A stretch of DNA of 64,000 bases, taken from the NCBI GenBank assembly GCA_028713675.1, contig JAQTNV010000010.1, positions 12,369 through 76,368 on the forward strand. The letters are read 5' to 3'. A program made the translations under genes and the position numbers. Numbering within the stretch: position 1 is the stretch's first letter; each line of letters begins with the position of its first letter. This document shows positions 48,893-57,396 of this stretch, piece by piece. The notes under the pieces were generated by a model. It made no database searches. It was given only the letters and a program-made list of their open reading frames with translations, and was not told the origin of the DNA. This DNA is from a bacterium (GTDB lineage Bacteria; Desulfobacterota; JAPLJL01).

Positions 48893-48919
48893 CGGTTTCC
48901 GGTTACCGGCTACCGGTTA
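48893..48919 (-). repeat. Intercistronic ACCGGTT-unit element that fills the entire mdh-stop to fumA-start spacer
   Basis: Sequence cggtttccggttaccggctaccggtta. Confidence 0.6.
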
Positions 48920-49858
48920 CTAGAATCCTTTGCCTTTCATCTCCTGGACGGTTTTCTTGACCGAATCCAGCGACTTCTGGAAGGCCGCCTTTTCCTCTGC
49001 GTTGAGGTCGATCTCCACCACCTTCTGCACGCCCGTGGCGCCGAGAACGGCGGGAACGCCCATGAAATAACCGCCGACGCCGTATTCCTTCTCGCACCAG
49101 ACCGAGCAGGGCATGACGCGCCGCTGGTCATTGAGGATGGCCTCGGCCATCGTCACCGTGGCGCTCCCGGGGGAGAAGTAGGCGCTCCCGGTTTTGAGCA
49201 AAGCCACGATCTCGCCCCCGGCCTTCCGGGTCCGGTCAACCATGGCCGCAAGCCGGTCCTTCGGGATCAGGTTTTCCACCGGCACTCCGTTCACCTGGGT
49301 CCGCCGGACGAGCGGGACCATGTCGTCGCCGTGACCGCCGAGCACCAGGGTCTGCACGTCGCGCGGGCTGACCTTGAGCTCCATCGCGATGAAACAGGCG
49401 AAGCGAGCCGAGTCGAGCACCCCGGCCGAGCCGATCACGCGGTTCTTGGGGAAGCCGGTGACCGAGGCGGTCAGGTAAACCATCGAATCCAGCGGGTTCG
49501 AAACCACCAGGACAATCGAATTGGGGGCGAATTTCTTGATCGCCTCCGCGACCGGTTTCACGATCTTGATGTTGGCGTCGAGCAGGTCCTCCCGGGTCAT
49601 CCCCGGCTTCCGGGCCATCCCGGCGGTGACGATGACCAGGTCGGACCCGGCGATATCGTCATACTTGGTCGTGCCCATGATATCCACATCGATCCCCGAG
49701 AACGAGCGGCATTCCATCAGGTCGAGGGCCTTGCCCTGCGGCATCCCCTCCACGATATCGGTGATGACCACATCACCCAGGTTCTTGACCGCCGCCACAT
49801 GGGCGCAGGTCTGCCCCACGTTCCCGCCGCCGATTACCGCAATTTTCTTTCTAGCCAT
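48920..49858 (-). CDS. mdh: Malate dehydrogenase (LDH-like MDH)
   Basis: Motifs KIAVIGGGNVGQT, VSNPLD and GGHGDDMVP. Confidence 0.9.
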   Translation of the reverse strand: MARKKIAVIGGGNVGQTCAHVAAVKNLGDVVITDIVEGMPQGKALDLMECRSFSGIDVDIMGTTKYDDIAGSDLVIVTAGMARKPGMTREDLLDANIKIVKPVAEAIKKFAPNSIVLVVSNPLDSMVYLTASVTGFPKNRVIGSAGVLDSARFACFIAMELKVSPRDVQTLVLGGHGDDMVPLVRRTQVNGVPVENLIPKDRLAAMVDRTRKAGGEIVALLKTGSAYFSPGSATVTMAEAILNDQRRVMPCSVWCEKEYGVGGYFMGVPAVLGATGVQKVVEIDLNAEEKAAFQKSLDSVKKTVQEMKGKGF

Positions 49859-49886
49859 GTTTACCTCGCTTTTTTTAACCGTTATG

Positions 49887-49943
49887 GGTAGCCGCAGGCT
49901 TTTCGATCAGATCCCGAGGCATTGTGATCGAGGGAAGCCTGCG
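49887..49943 (+). repeat. Long-loop REP variant, copy 2 of 3 (between the porin-like gene and mdh)
   Basis: Near-identical to 53719-53775. Confidence 0.75.
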
Positions 49944-49966
49944 TTTCTCCGCATCTCCATCCGAAT

Positions 49967-51121
49967 TTAGAACGCCACCTGGGCCTGGGTATAGAGCGTA
50001 AAAAGGTTCTCCGGGTCCTTCAGGTCTTCAACGGCATTGAGGGAAAGCATGGCGTTCGTGCCGATAATGTAATAATTAACCCCTCCGGTCAGCCGGATGA
50101 TTTCGTCATTATCCCCATCCAGGTTCGGCTCATAGTACTCGACGCGCACCATGGGTTCAACCTTCGGCACCACCTTGTAACCCGCTTGCCCATAGACAGC
50201 AATGCCGTTGATGTTATCAGGATCGTTCTCATCCATCGCGTAGAGGATCTCGGCCAGGGCGGTCAGATTGCTGACCGTTGCCCGGAGGAAAGCCCCGGCC
50301 CGGAAACCCGTAAGATAATCGCTGGTTCCGGTCACGCCCGTCCTCCCGATAGTCGCATATACCGCCGTTTCGATCTTGTCATTAGGTTTAACATTGAGCC
50401 GGACGAGGAAATCCTTCCAGTTATCCGCGTCCTTCCAGGTGTTCTGGCAATTTTGGGAAACGCTATTGTAAATCCCGACGTTCAGGCTGGAAATCCCGAG
50501 CTTGGTGGTGCTCTGAATTCCGACCTGGCGCCACATCGCATACTTGGAGGTCAACAGCGGATAACTGACAAAATCAAGCTTGGAAACCAGCTGGGGCTGG
50601 TAGTAAGTGAAATTCGGGAGGAACCGCCCGACCTGGATTTCGGTTTGGGGAAGAGCATTGACGAAAATTAACCGGGCATCCAGAAGCCAGGGGACCACGG
50701 TACCACTACCCCCCTGAACTGCATCACCCTGGAATACATATTTGACCTTGTCGGGCAGAATGCTCCCCATCAGGAATATCCGGGCCCGGCTCATATTGAA
50801 CGAATTATTCAGCTCGGTATCGTAACCAACCGTATCATCTCCAACCTGGGTTTGGGCAAGAGTGAAATATGCCTGCAGAATAGCGGAGATCTTCATGTCC
50901 CCGATCCCTACCATCACTCCGCTTCCTTTCGGCGGTTCCGGGGCGGGAGCCGGCTGGACAACGGGAGCGGGTTCCGGTGCAGGAGCGGGTTCCGGTGCCG
51001 GCTGGACTGCGGGAGCGGGTTCCGGTGCCGTCTTTCCTTTTCCCGCCGCGCCGGCCGATAACGGCAATGAAATAACCAAAGCCAATGTCAGCAGACTGAC
51101 AATTCCGAATAACCTTTTCAT
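49967..51121 (-). CDS. Putative outer-membrane beta-barrel porin with a Pro/Ala-rich (PEPAPA) linker
   Basis: GGAGGA RBS and ATG at 51121. Signal peptide MKRLFGIVSLLTLALVISLPLSAGAA. Repeats PEPAPAVQPAPEPAPAPEPAP. Alternating beta pattern ending ...TQAQVAF with a terminal Phe. Confidence 0.55.
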   Translation of the reverse strand: MKRLFGIVSLLTLALVISLPLSAGAAGKGKTAPEPAPAVQPAPEPAPAPEPAPVVQPAPAPEPPKGSGVMVGIGDMKISAILQAYFTLAQTQVGDDTVGYDTELNNSFNMSRARIFLMGSILPDKVKYVFQGDAVQGGSGTVVPWLLDARLIFVNALPQTEIQVGRFLPNFTYYQPQLVSKLDFVSYPLLTSKYAMWRQVGIQSTTKLGISSLNVGIYNSVSQNCQNTWKDADNWKDFLVRLNVKPNDKIETAVYATIGRTGVTGTSDYLTGFRAGAFLRATVSNLTALAEILYAMDENDPDNINGIAVYGQAGYKVVPKVEPMVRVEYYEPNLDGDNDEIIRLTGGVNYYIIGTNAMLSLNAVEDLKDPENLFTLYTQAQVAF

Positions 51122-51278
51122 CGTCTCCTCCCTTTCTCTGTTTCCGATAAAATTTAACATTTATTACTTGTCCAATCGCTTTTCACCCGCCAGCTTCACT
51201 GCTAGGGATGACCAGCCGGGATTATCTTTATTAGATTTAAAATGGGATGTCAAGAGATGTATACAACAAGCGGTCGTT

Positions 51279-52292
51279 TTAGCAGATTCGGGGGAATTGT
51301 TCGCCGCTCAGCGGTTCCAGAATCCGGTGACCCCCGATCCGGGTCTGGAGAAGAACCCGGCCCGGGTTTTCCCCGGATACCTGGCCGATTATTACCGCAT
51401 CTTTCCCCAGGGGATGAGATCTCATCCGTAAAACCAGCCTGTCCGCCGCCCCTTCCGGGCAGATCGCGATCAATTTGCCTTCATTGGCCAGAAAATAAGG
51501 ATCGAAGCCCAGGAGTTCGCAAACCCCCCTGACCTCGCTTTTGACCGGGATGAGCTCTTCCCGCGCCACCATCCCCACCCCCGAAGCGTTGGCAATCTCC
51601 CAGAGGACCGTGGCCATTCCTCCCCGGGTGGGATCACGCAGGGAATGGAGCTCCGGGACCGTTTCGAGCATCATCTCCACCAGCCCGTTCAGGGGGGCGC
51701 AGTCGCTTTTTACCTCACCCTTGATGGAAAACTCCCCCCGGGCGATCAAAACCGCCACCTCGTGTTCGCCGATAAAGCCGCTGAGAATGATCCGGTCCCC
51801 CGGCCGGGCTTTCCGGCTCTGGATCTCCACCCCTTCCGGGACTATCCCCACCCCGGCGGTGGTAATGAACAATCCCTCCGCCGCCCCTTTCTCCACCACC
51901 TTGGTATCACCGGTCACGATCTTGACCTGCGCCTCCCGGGCGGCTTCCTGCATGGATTGAAGAATCTTTTCCAGGGTTTCCTCCGGAAAACCTTCCTCGA
52001 TAATAAAAGCGGCCGAAAGGCCGAGCGGCTTCGCCCCCGCCATGGCCAGGTCGTTGACCGTGCCGCAGATCGCCAGGCGGCCGATATCCCCGCCCGGAAA
52101 AAACAGGGGTTTGACCACGAAGGAATCGGTGGTGAAAGCCAGACGGCCGGCCTTTTCGCTGGAAAAAACCGCGCTGTCGTCCATCTGGCGGAGAAGATCA
52201 TTATCAAAGTAAGGGAGAAAAAGCCGGTGAACCAAATCGTGGGAGAGTTTTCCCCCCGCCCCGTGGGCTAAAAGTATTTTTTTTGTTTTCAT
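51279..52292 (-). CDS. hypE: [NiFe]-hydrogenase maturation protein HypE
   Basis: AIR-synthase-like fold motifs, with a C-terminal ...PRIC typical of HypE. Confidence 0.85.
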   Translation of the reverse strand: MKTKKILLAHGAGGKLSHDLVHRLFLPYFDNDLLRQMDDSAVFSSEKAGRLAFTTDSFVVKPLFFPGGDIGRLAICGTVNDLAMAGAKPLGLSAAFIIEEGFPEETLEKILQSMQEAAREAQVKIVTGDTKVVEKGAAEGLFITTAGVGIVPEGVEIQSRKARPGDRIILSGFIGEHEVAVLIARGEFSIKGEVKSDCAPLNGLVEMMLETVPELHSLRDPTRGGMATVLWEIANASGVGMVAREELIPVKSEVRGVCELLGFDPYFLANEGKLIAICPEGAADRLVLRMRSHPLGKDAVIIGQVSGENPGRVLLQTRIGGHRILEPLSGEQFPRIC

Positions 52293-52295
52293 ATA

Positions 52296-52372
52296 TGAGA
52301 TTCAGGGTTTAAGGCTCAAGACTCAAAGTTCAAAGAGAGTCATTTTACCTTTGAGCTTTGACCTTTCACCTG
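52296..52372. repeat. CAAAGGTCAAAG / CTTTGACCTTTG imperfect inverted repeat; other copies lie at 9330-9395, 29570-29665 and 36485-36530
   Basis: AAGGTCA-type heptamer units in direct and inverted arrangement, lying in 5' regions of hypE, parA/9514, tolA and gatB. Confidence 0.55.
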
Positions 52373-53458
52373 CTTTGCCATTAGCTCCCTTCCATATTTA
52401 TAATAAGCGGCGCAGGTCCCTTCGGAGGAAACCATGCAGGGTCCCACCGGCAGGTCAGGGGTGCAGGCCCGGGAAAAAAGCGCGCATTCGGGGGGGCGGA
52501 TCAGGCCCTGGAGAACTTCCCCGCACCGGCATCCGGGCGGTTCTCCCGGGTCGGGCAGTTCAAGCGGAAACACCCGGGCCGCGTCCCGCCCGGAGAGCTC
52601 TTCCCGGAGAAAAAGGCCGCTGTCCGGGATTTCTCCCAGGCCCCTCCAGAGAGCCGGGGCGGGCCGGAACATCTCCTCCATCACCTTGAGAGCCAGGACA
52701 TTCCCTTCCGGTTTTACCACCCGCCGATACTGGATCTCGATGGCCGCCCGTTTTTCCCGGACCTGCCGGGCCAGCATTTCAATCCCTTCCAGGATATCGA
52801 GGGGATCGAACCCGGTGATGACCCCGGGGATGCCGTATTCCCGGGCGATGAACTCATAGGGATGGCTGCCGATGATCACGCTCACATGCCCGGGAAGGAT
52901 GAACCCGTCGATTCTGGTTTTCTTCCCGGAAAGAAGCGCCCGGATCGCCGGGGGAACCAGGCGCTGGGATGAATAGATGAAAAAGTTTTTCAGTTCCAGG
53001 CGCCCGGCTTCCCGGACCGCGAAAGCGGTAGCCGGAGAGGTGGTCTCGAAACCGACCGCGAAAAAAATCACCCGCTTTCCGGGATTATCCTGGGCGAGCC
53101 TGACTGCATCCAGGGGAGAAAGCACCACCCGGATGTCGCCGCCTTCCGATTTTTCCTCGTAAAGGGAGGAGTCCGAACCGGGAACCCGGAGCAGGTCCCC
53201 GAAAGTCGCCAGGATGGTGTTTTCCATCCGGCTGTAGACAATGGCGCGGTCAATCTCCTTCTGCGGGGTGATGCAGACCGGGCAGCCCGGCCCGGAAATC
53301 AGCTCAATTTTCGCGGGGAGAAGCGATTTTATCCCGGTGCGGAAGATGGCGATGGTGTGGGTCCCGCAAACCTCCATGAGCCGCAGGGGCCGGTCCGACA
53401 GAAGAGCGATCTTCTCCAGCCGGCTCCGGGCTTCTCCGGCTTCATCCAGCTTTTTCAT
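52340..53458 (-). CDS. hypD: [NiFe]-hydrogenase maturation protein HypD
   Basis: Motifs MEVCGTHT, GPGCPVC and FETT, plus the C-terminal CPVGPCMVSSEGTCAAYY Fe-S motif. Confidence 0.9.
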   Translation of the reverse strand: MKKLDEAGEARSRLEKIALLSDRPLRLMEVCGTHTIAIFRTGIKSLLPAKIELISGPGCPVCITPQKEIDRAIVYSRMENTILATFGDLLRVPGSDSSLYEEKSEGGDIRVVLSPLDAVRLAQDNPGKRVIFFAVGFETTSPATAFAVREAGRLELKNFFIYSSQRLVPPAIRALLSGKKTRIDGFILPGHVSVIIGSHPYEFIAREYGIPGVITGFDPLDILEGIEMLARQVREKRAAIEIQYRRVVKPEGNVLALKVMEEMFRPAPALWRGLGEIPDSGLFLREELSGRDAARVFPLELPDPGEPPGCRCGEVLQGLIRPPECALFSRACTPDLPVGPCMVSSEGTCAAYYKYGRELMAKQVKGQSSKVK

Positions 53459-53675
53459 CGGGTCCGAGAACCAGTTTCAGAACTTCCCGGGTTTCCAGGG
53501 CGTCTTTCTCGTCCATTTTCTGGATGGCGAAGCCCACGTGGACGAGCACATAATCACCCACCCGGGCGTCCGGGCAGAGGGCAAGGCTGACTTTTTTATT
53601 CACCCCGCCGAAATCAATCTCGGCGACCTGGTCTTCCTCGATCGAGATTATTTTTCCCGGAATTCCAAGACACAT
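53442..53675 (-). CDS. hypC: [NiFe]-hydrogenase maturation chaperone HypC/HupF
   Basis: N-terminal MCLGIPGKII signature. 77 aa. Overlaps hypD. Confidence 0.85.
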   Translation of the reverse strand: MCLGIPGKIISIEEDQVAEIDFGGVNKKVSLALCPDARVGDYVLVHVGFAIQKMDEKDALETREVLKLVLGPDEKAG

Positions 53676-53718
53676 TTTAAATCAACTCCAGTTATTCATA
53701 ATATATTTCCTTACCACT

Positions 53719-53775
53719 GGTAGCCGCAGGCTTTTCGATCAGATCCCGAGGTATTGTGGCCGAGGGAAGCCTGCG
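53719..53775 (+). repeat. Long-loop REP variant, copy 3 of 3 (3' flank of the RAYT)
   Basis: Sequence ggtagccgcaggcttttcgatcagatcccgaggtattgtggccgagggaagcctgcg. Confidence 0.75.
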
Positions 53776-53782
53776 TACATTT

Positions 53783-54253
53783 TCACCATTCTTCCAAATT
53801 ATAAACGGTCGATCCCTTAAAAGGATACCCCTTACTATCCGCCGCCAAACCCTTTCGAACAGGATTATTTAAGATGTATTTTACCTGCTTGAGAATATCT
53901 TCATCTTTTCTTAGGACATGATCATAAAAATCTTTTTGCCATTTAATGCCGGGATGATTTCGCCCCAACCAGTAACCGGTTTTTTGCTTGAAGTTTTTGA
54001 TAAATTTTAATAGATCAGATTCATCGGACTTACCCTCCACTAAAACATGAAAATGATCCGGCATAAAAAGAAAAACATGGGCTTCGCATTCTTCTTTCTT
54101 TAAAATATTGATTAACAGGTCAGAGAAAATCCGAGTAATATTTTCCTGAGCAAATAGAGGATACCTCTCTGCAATACAAACCGTAAAAGTAATTATTATT
54201 TTTCCTCGATATAACTTCGTTGATAAACGGTGTCTGCGTTCTCGGATTTCCAT
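53783..54253 (-). CDS. REP-associated tyrosine transposase (RAYT; IS200/IS605-like Y1 HuH transposase)
   Basis: 156 aa. HuH motif FMPDHFHVLV. Catalytic Tyr / NP motif KYILNNPVRKGL. N-terminal YRGKIIITFTV. Flanked on both sides by GTAG-type REP palindromes. Confidence 0.8.
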   Translation of the reverse strand: MEIRERRHRLSTKLYRGKIIITFTVCIAERYPLFAQENITRIFSDLLINILKKEECEAHVFLFMPDHFHVLVEGKSDESDLLKFIKNFKQKTGYWLGRNHPGIKWQKDFYDHVLRKDEDILKQVKYILNNPVRKGLAADSKGYPFKGSTVYNLEEW

Positions 54254-54261
54254 TCAAAACC

Positions 54262-54512
54262 CGCAACCTGCCTGTCCTGAGCTTGTCGAAGGGAAGGTTG
54301 CGCCTACCAAACATTCAAAATCTTATTCTTGTATCGGTAGCCACAGGCTTCAGCCTGCGCAATTCCGCAACCTAAAGGTTGCGCCTACCAAACATTCAAA
54401 ATCTTATTCTTGTATCGGTAGCCGCATGCTTCAGCCTGCGCTATTCCGCAACCTAAAGGTTGCGCCTACCAGAATGTAATTATTTTTACGCAGGCTAAAG
54501 CCTGCAGCTACC
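54262..54512. repeat. BIME-like cluster of six REPs in alternating orientation, including an approximately 84-bp direct duplication
   Basis: REPs at 54262-54308 (-, long loop), 54336-54360 (+), 54365-54389 (-, stem GCAACCT/AGGTTGC), 54417-54441 (+), 54446-54470 (-) and 54488-54512 (-). Each has a GGTAG or CTACC terminus. Confidence 0.75.
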
Positions 54513-54535
54513 TTTTGATGACTTAGGACTTCGGA

Positions 54536-56797
54536 CTATTGATGCATTGCATAATACGCCTGCCCCAGCGAGATCCCCCCATCGTTGGCCGGGACCAGGC
54601 GGTTGATGTAAATCGAAAAACCCGATCCTTCCAGAAGCTCGAAAACCCGGCCCAACAGGAAGTGGTTCTGGAACACCCCCCCGCTCAAAATCAGACTTGA
54701 GTGCCCGGTCCGATCCCGCATCCAGCCCGCCACCCGGGCAATCACCCGGGCCACCGAATTATGAAAGCGGGCGGAGATCACGGATTTATCCGTTCCTTTC
54801 CGGATTTCCTCCACCACCGCCTGGATGACGGGATCCGGATCAATGTTCAAAATCCCTTTGATCTCATCTAAACCGAAAAGATATTCCCCGGGTTCACCCC
54901 GCCGGGCCGCCTGCTCGAGTTCGATGGCCGCCTGGCCTTCATACCTCGCCGCGCCCCGCACCCCGAGCAGGGCGCTGACCGCGTCAAAAAGCCGGCCCGC
55001 GCTCGAGCAGGGCGGGGAATTGATTCCCCGCCTGACCGCCGCCTTCAGGACCGACCATTTCTCCAGATCGAGTTCCCGGACGAAGGGAATATCCAGCCCG
55101 GCCAGCTTTTCCCCGGCTATCCGGTCCAGGTACACGGCCGCCATCCGCCATGGCTCCCTGATCCCCTGCTCCCCTCCCGGCAGCGGGATATAACGGATGT
55201 GCGCGAGCCGCCGGTAGCCCTGCAGAGACACCTCCAGGAACTCTCCGCCCCAGATCGTGCCGTCGTCCCCGTAACCGGTCCCGTCCATCGTCACCGCCAG
55301 CGCCGGACCGGCCAGCCCGTGCTCGGCCATCACGGAGAGCGCGTGGGCATAATGATGCTGGACGCCGACACGGGGTAAAGGGATTTCCCGGGCGTGCCGG
55401 GTGGAGAGATAATCCGGATGCAGGTCGTAGGCGACCAGCCCGGGCTCGATCTCGAAAAAGCGCCGGAAATGCGCGATCCCCTCCTGGAATGATTTCAGGG
55501 TCTCAAAATTCTCCAGGTCCCCGATGTGATGGCTGACGAAGGCCGAACTCCCCTTGGTCAGGCAGAAGGTGTTTTTCAGCTCGGCCCCTAGGGCCAGGAC
55601 GCTTTTTCCGCCCCGCGCGAGGGGAATCGGGGCGGGAACGTAACCCCTCGCCCTTCGTAGGAAAACGGTCCCCCCCCGGAAGGGCTTGATCACGGAATCG
55701 TCGCAGCGGGTGTGGATCTCGCGGTTATGAAAGAGGAAATAATCGGCGATCTCCGCGAGCCGTTTCCGGGCTTCCTCGTCCCGGTAGGCGATCGGCTCAT
55801 CGCTCATGTTCCCGCTGGTCATCACCAGGCAGTCGAGTTCCCCGTCGAAAAGCAGGCGGTGAAGCGGGGTATACGGCAGCATCATCCCCAGGGTGTTTTG
55901 AAAAGGGGCAACAGAAGAGGCGACCCGGGCCCCGGTTTTCATGGGCAGAACCACGATCGGGGCTTCCCGGGATTCCAGCAGTTTCTCCGCCTCCCCGTCC
56001 GCCTCGCAGAGTTCCCGGATGACCCCCAGGTCGCGGGCCATCAGGGCAAAGGGCTTGTCCTCCCGGTATTTCCGGCTCCGGAGCCGGCTGACGGCTTCCT
56101 CGTTCCGGGCCGAAACCGCGAGGTGAAACCCTCCCATCCCCTTGACCGCCACGACCACCCCATTTTTCAAAAGCTTCCGTGTCTCCCCGGCCGGGTCCGG
56201 CCCGGCGATTTCCCGTCCGGCCGGGTCCAGAAGCCGGAGGCCGGGGCCGCAATCCGGGCAGGCATTGGGCTCGGCATGGAAACGGCGGTTTCCCGGGTCG
56301 CGGTATTCCTTTTCGCAGGCCGAGCACATTTTAAAAATCGCCATCGTGGTTTTTTCCCGATCGTAGGGTACGTCCCGGATGATCGTGAAACGCGGCCCGC
56401 AGTTGGTGCAGTTGATAAAAGGATAATGAACGCGGCGGTCCTTCTGATCAGAAAACTCCCGGAGGCAATCCCCGCAAATTGCGATGTCGGGCGGGACGAG
56501 AGCTGATCTCTCCCCGCCCCGTTCGCTTTCCCGGATTTCAAAGCTTTTATCACCAACCGGGGGCAGGTCATGGGTGAGGATATTTTCAATTCGGGCCTGG
56601 GGCGGGCTCGCTTTGAGACTGGAAAGAAAACCCTGGATAATGTCCTTCTCCCCCTCAACCTCAATCTGTACACCCTTCTCATCATTTAAAACCCATCCGG
56701 AGAGGCCGTGTTTTCGGGCGAGGTTATAAACAAAGGGGCGGAATCCCACCCCCTGGACTATTCCCTCGACCAGAATATGAACACGGGATTTAGTCAT
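54536..56797 (-). CDS. hypF: Carbamoyltransferase HypF (acylphosphatase, Zn-fingers, YrdC and Kae1-like domains)
   Basis: 753 aa. Acylphosphatase N-terminus (VHILVEGIVQGVGFRPFVY). Two CxxC...CxxC Zn-finger pairs. YrdC/Kae1 segments. Confidence 0.9.
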   Translation of the reverse strand: MTKSRVHILVEGIVQGVGFRPFVYNLARKHGLSGWVLNDEKGVQIEVEGEKDIIQGFLSSLKASPPQARIENILTHDLPPVGDKSFEIRESERGGERSALVPPDIAICGDCLREFSDQKDRRVHYPFINCTNCGPRFTIIRDVPYDREKTTMAIFKMCSACEKEYRDPGNRRFHAEPNACPDCGPGLRLLDPAGREIAGPDPAGETRKLLKNGVVVAVKGMGGFHLAVSARNEEAVSRLRSRKYREDKPFALMARDLGVIRELCEADGEAEKLLESREAPIVVLPMKTGARVASSVAPFQNTLGMMLPYTPLHRLLFDGELDCLVMTSGNMSDEPIAYRDEEARKRLAEIADYFLFHNREIHTRCDDSVIKPFRGGTVFLRRARGYVPAPIPLARGGKSVLALGAELKNTFCLTKGSSAFVSHHIGDLENFETLKSFQEGIAHFRRFFEIEPGLVAYDLHPDYLSTRHAREIPLPRVGVQHHYAHALSVMAEHGLAGPALAVTMDGTGYGDDGTIWGGEFLEVSLQGYRRLAHIRYIPLPGGEQGIREPWRMAAVYLDRIAGEKLAGLDIPFVRELDLEKWSVLKAAVRRGINSPPCSSAGRLFDAVSALLGVRGAARYEGQAAIELEQAARRGEPGEYLFGLDEIKGILNIDPDPVIQAVVEEIRKGTDKSVISARFHNSVARVIARVAGWMRDRTGHSSLILSGGVFQNHFLLGRVFELLEGSGFSIYINRLVPANDGGISLGQAYYAMHQ

Positions 56798-56818
56798 GAT
56801 CCTCGGTGAATCTGCCGG

Positions 56819-57280
56819 TTACCTGCTCTTGAATTCGTTGAGAACGGTTTCGGTAATCTTCGGAAGCTGGGCTTTTACCTCCGGCGTAAGTTCCATTCCC
56901 ATTTCCATCTCTTTGGGCTCGACGCCGATGATGATCACCTCGGCGTGGAAATCCCCCGCCTGTTTAGCCAGCTGGATCACCTGGAGCGGCCCCATGGCGT
57001 GGAGCGAAAGCGCGGCGTCCACCGGCAGGCTCTCCGGGGTCAGACGGTAAATCGTTCCCGGGGGCGCCCCGGTTCGCAGGGCGTCAATGATTACGATTTT
57101 TTCCGCGGCCTGGATCTGGGGCAGGTAGTCGAGGATCGAGGTTTCCGCCTCTATCACCAGGACCCCCGGGGGGAGCTTTTCCCGCTCGAGGGCATGGACC
57201 GCGTGCATCCCCACTCCCTCATCCTGGAAGATGGTATTACCCACGCCGATGATTAAAGTCTTAGGTGTTTCCATAACCAT
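56819..57280 (-). CDS. Hydrogenase maturation endopeptidase (HyaD/HybD family)
   Basis: Motifs LIIGVGNTIFQDEGVG and IIDAL. 153 aa. Confidence 0.85.
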   Translation of the reverse strand: MVMETPKTLIIGVGNTIFQDEGVGMHAVHALEREKLPPGVLVIEAETSILDYLPQIQAAEKIVIIDALRTGAPPGTIYRLTPESLPVDAALSLHAMGPLQVIQLAKQAGDFHAEVIIIGVEPKEMEMGMELTPEVKAQLPKITETVLNEFKSR

Positions 57281-57344
57281 TTTATCTGATTATAACCGAT
57301 CCGACTTCCCGGATTCCCTATTGATTCATGCCTTTGGATGTAAT

Positions 57345-57374
57345 TGACAATAATAGACCGATCAGTCTATTATT
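57345..57374 (+). promoter_or_regulatory. Putative sigma-70 promoter of tetR with an overlapping TetR operator (TAATAGAC-N6-GTCTATTA)
   Basis: TTGACA at 57345-57350, a 17-bp spacer and a TATTAT-like -10. A perfect 8-bp-arm palindrome at 57351-57372 fills the spacer. Confidence 0.55.
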
Positions 57375-57396
57375 TATTTCCAGGAGAAATTCGGAT

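Larger units (their letters stand above)
53719..54512. mobile_element. REPtron: RAYT gene bracketed by cognate REP/BIME-like palindromic repeats, lying between hypC and hypF
   Basis: A long-loop REP sits at 53719-53775, 3' of the RAYT. A cluster of six REPs in alternating orientation sits at 54262-54512, 5' of the RAYT, and includes an approximately 84-bp direct duplication (54301-54384 versus 54385-54468). Confidence 0.7.

Noticed and set aside
54301-54468. Possible CRISPR array suggested by the approximately 84-bp direct repeats
   Set aside because: There are only two units, the repeats are palindromic REPs with GTAG ends in alternating orientation, there are no spacer-like unique segments, and the neighbour is a RAYT rather than a cas gene.
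57328-57396. Upstream ATG start for the tetR gene
   Set aside because: It would place the perfect operator palindrome and the -35/-10 elements inside the coding region. The TTG at 57397 after an AGGAGA RBS gives a canonical TetR N-terminus.
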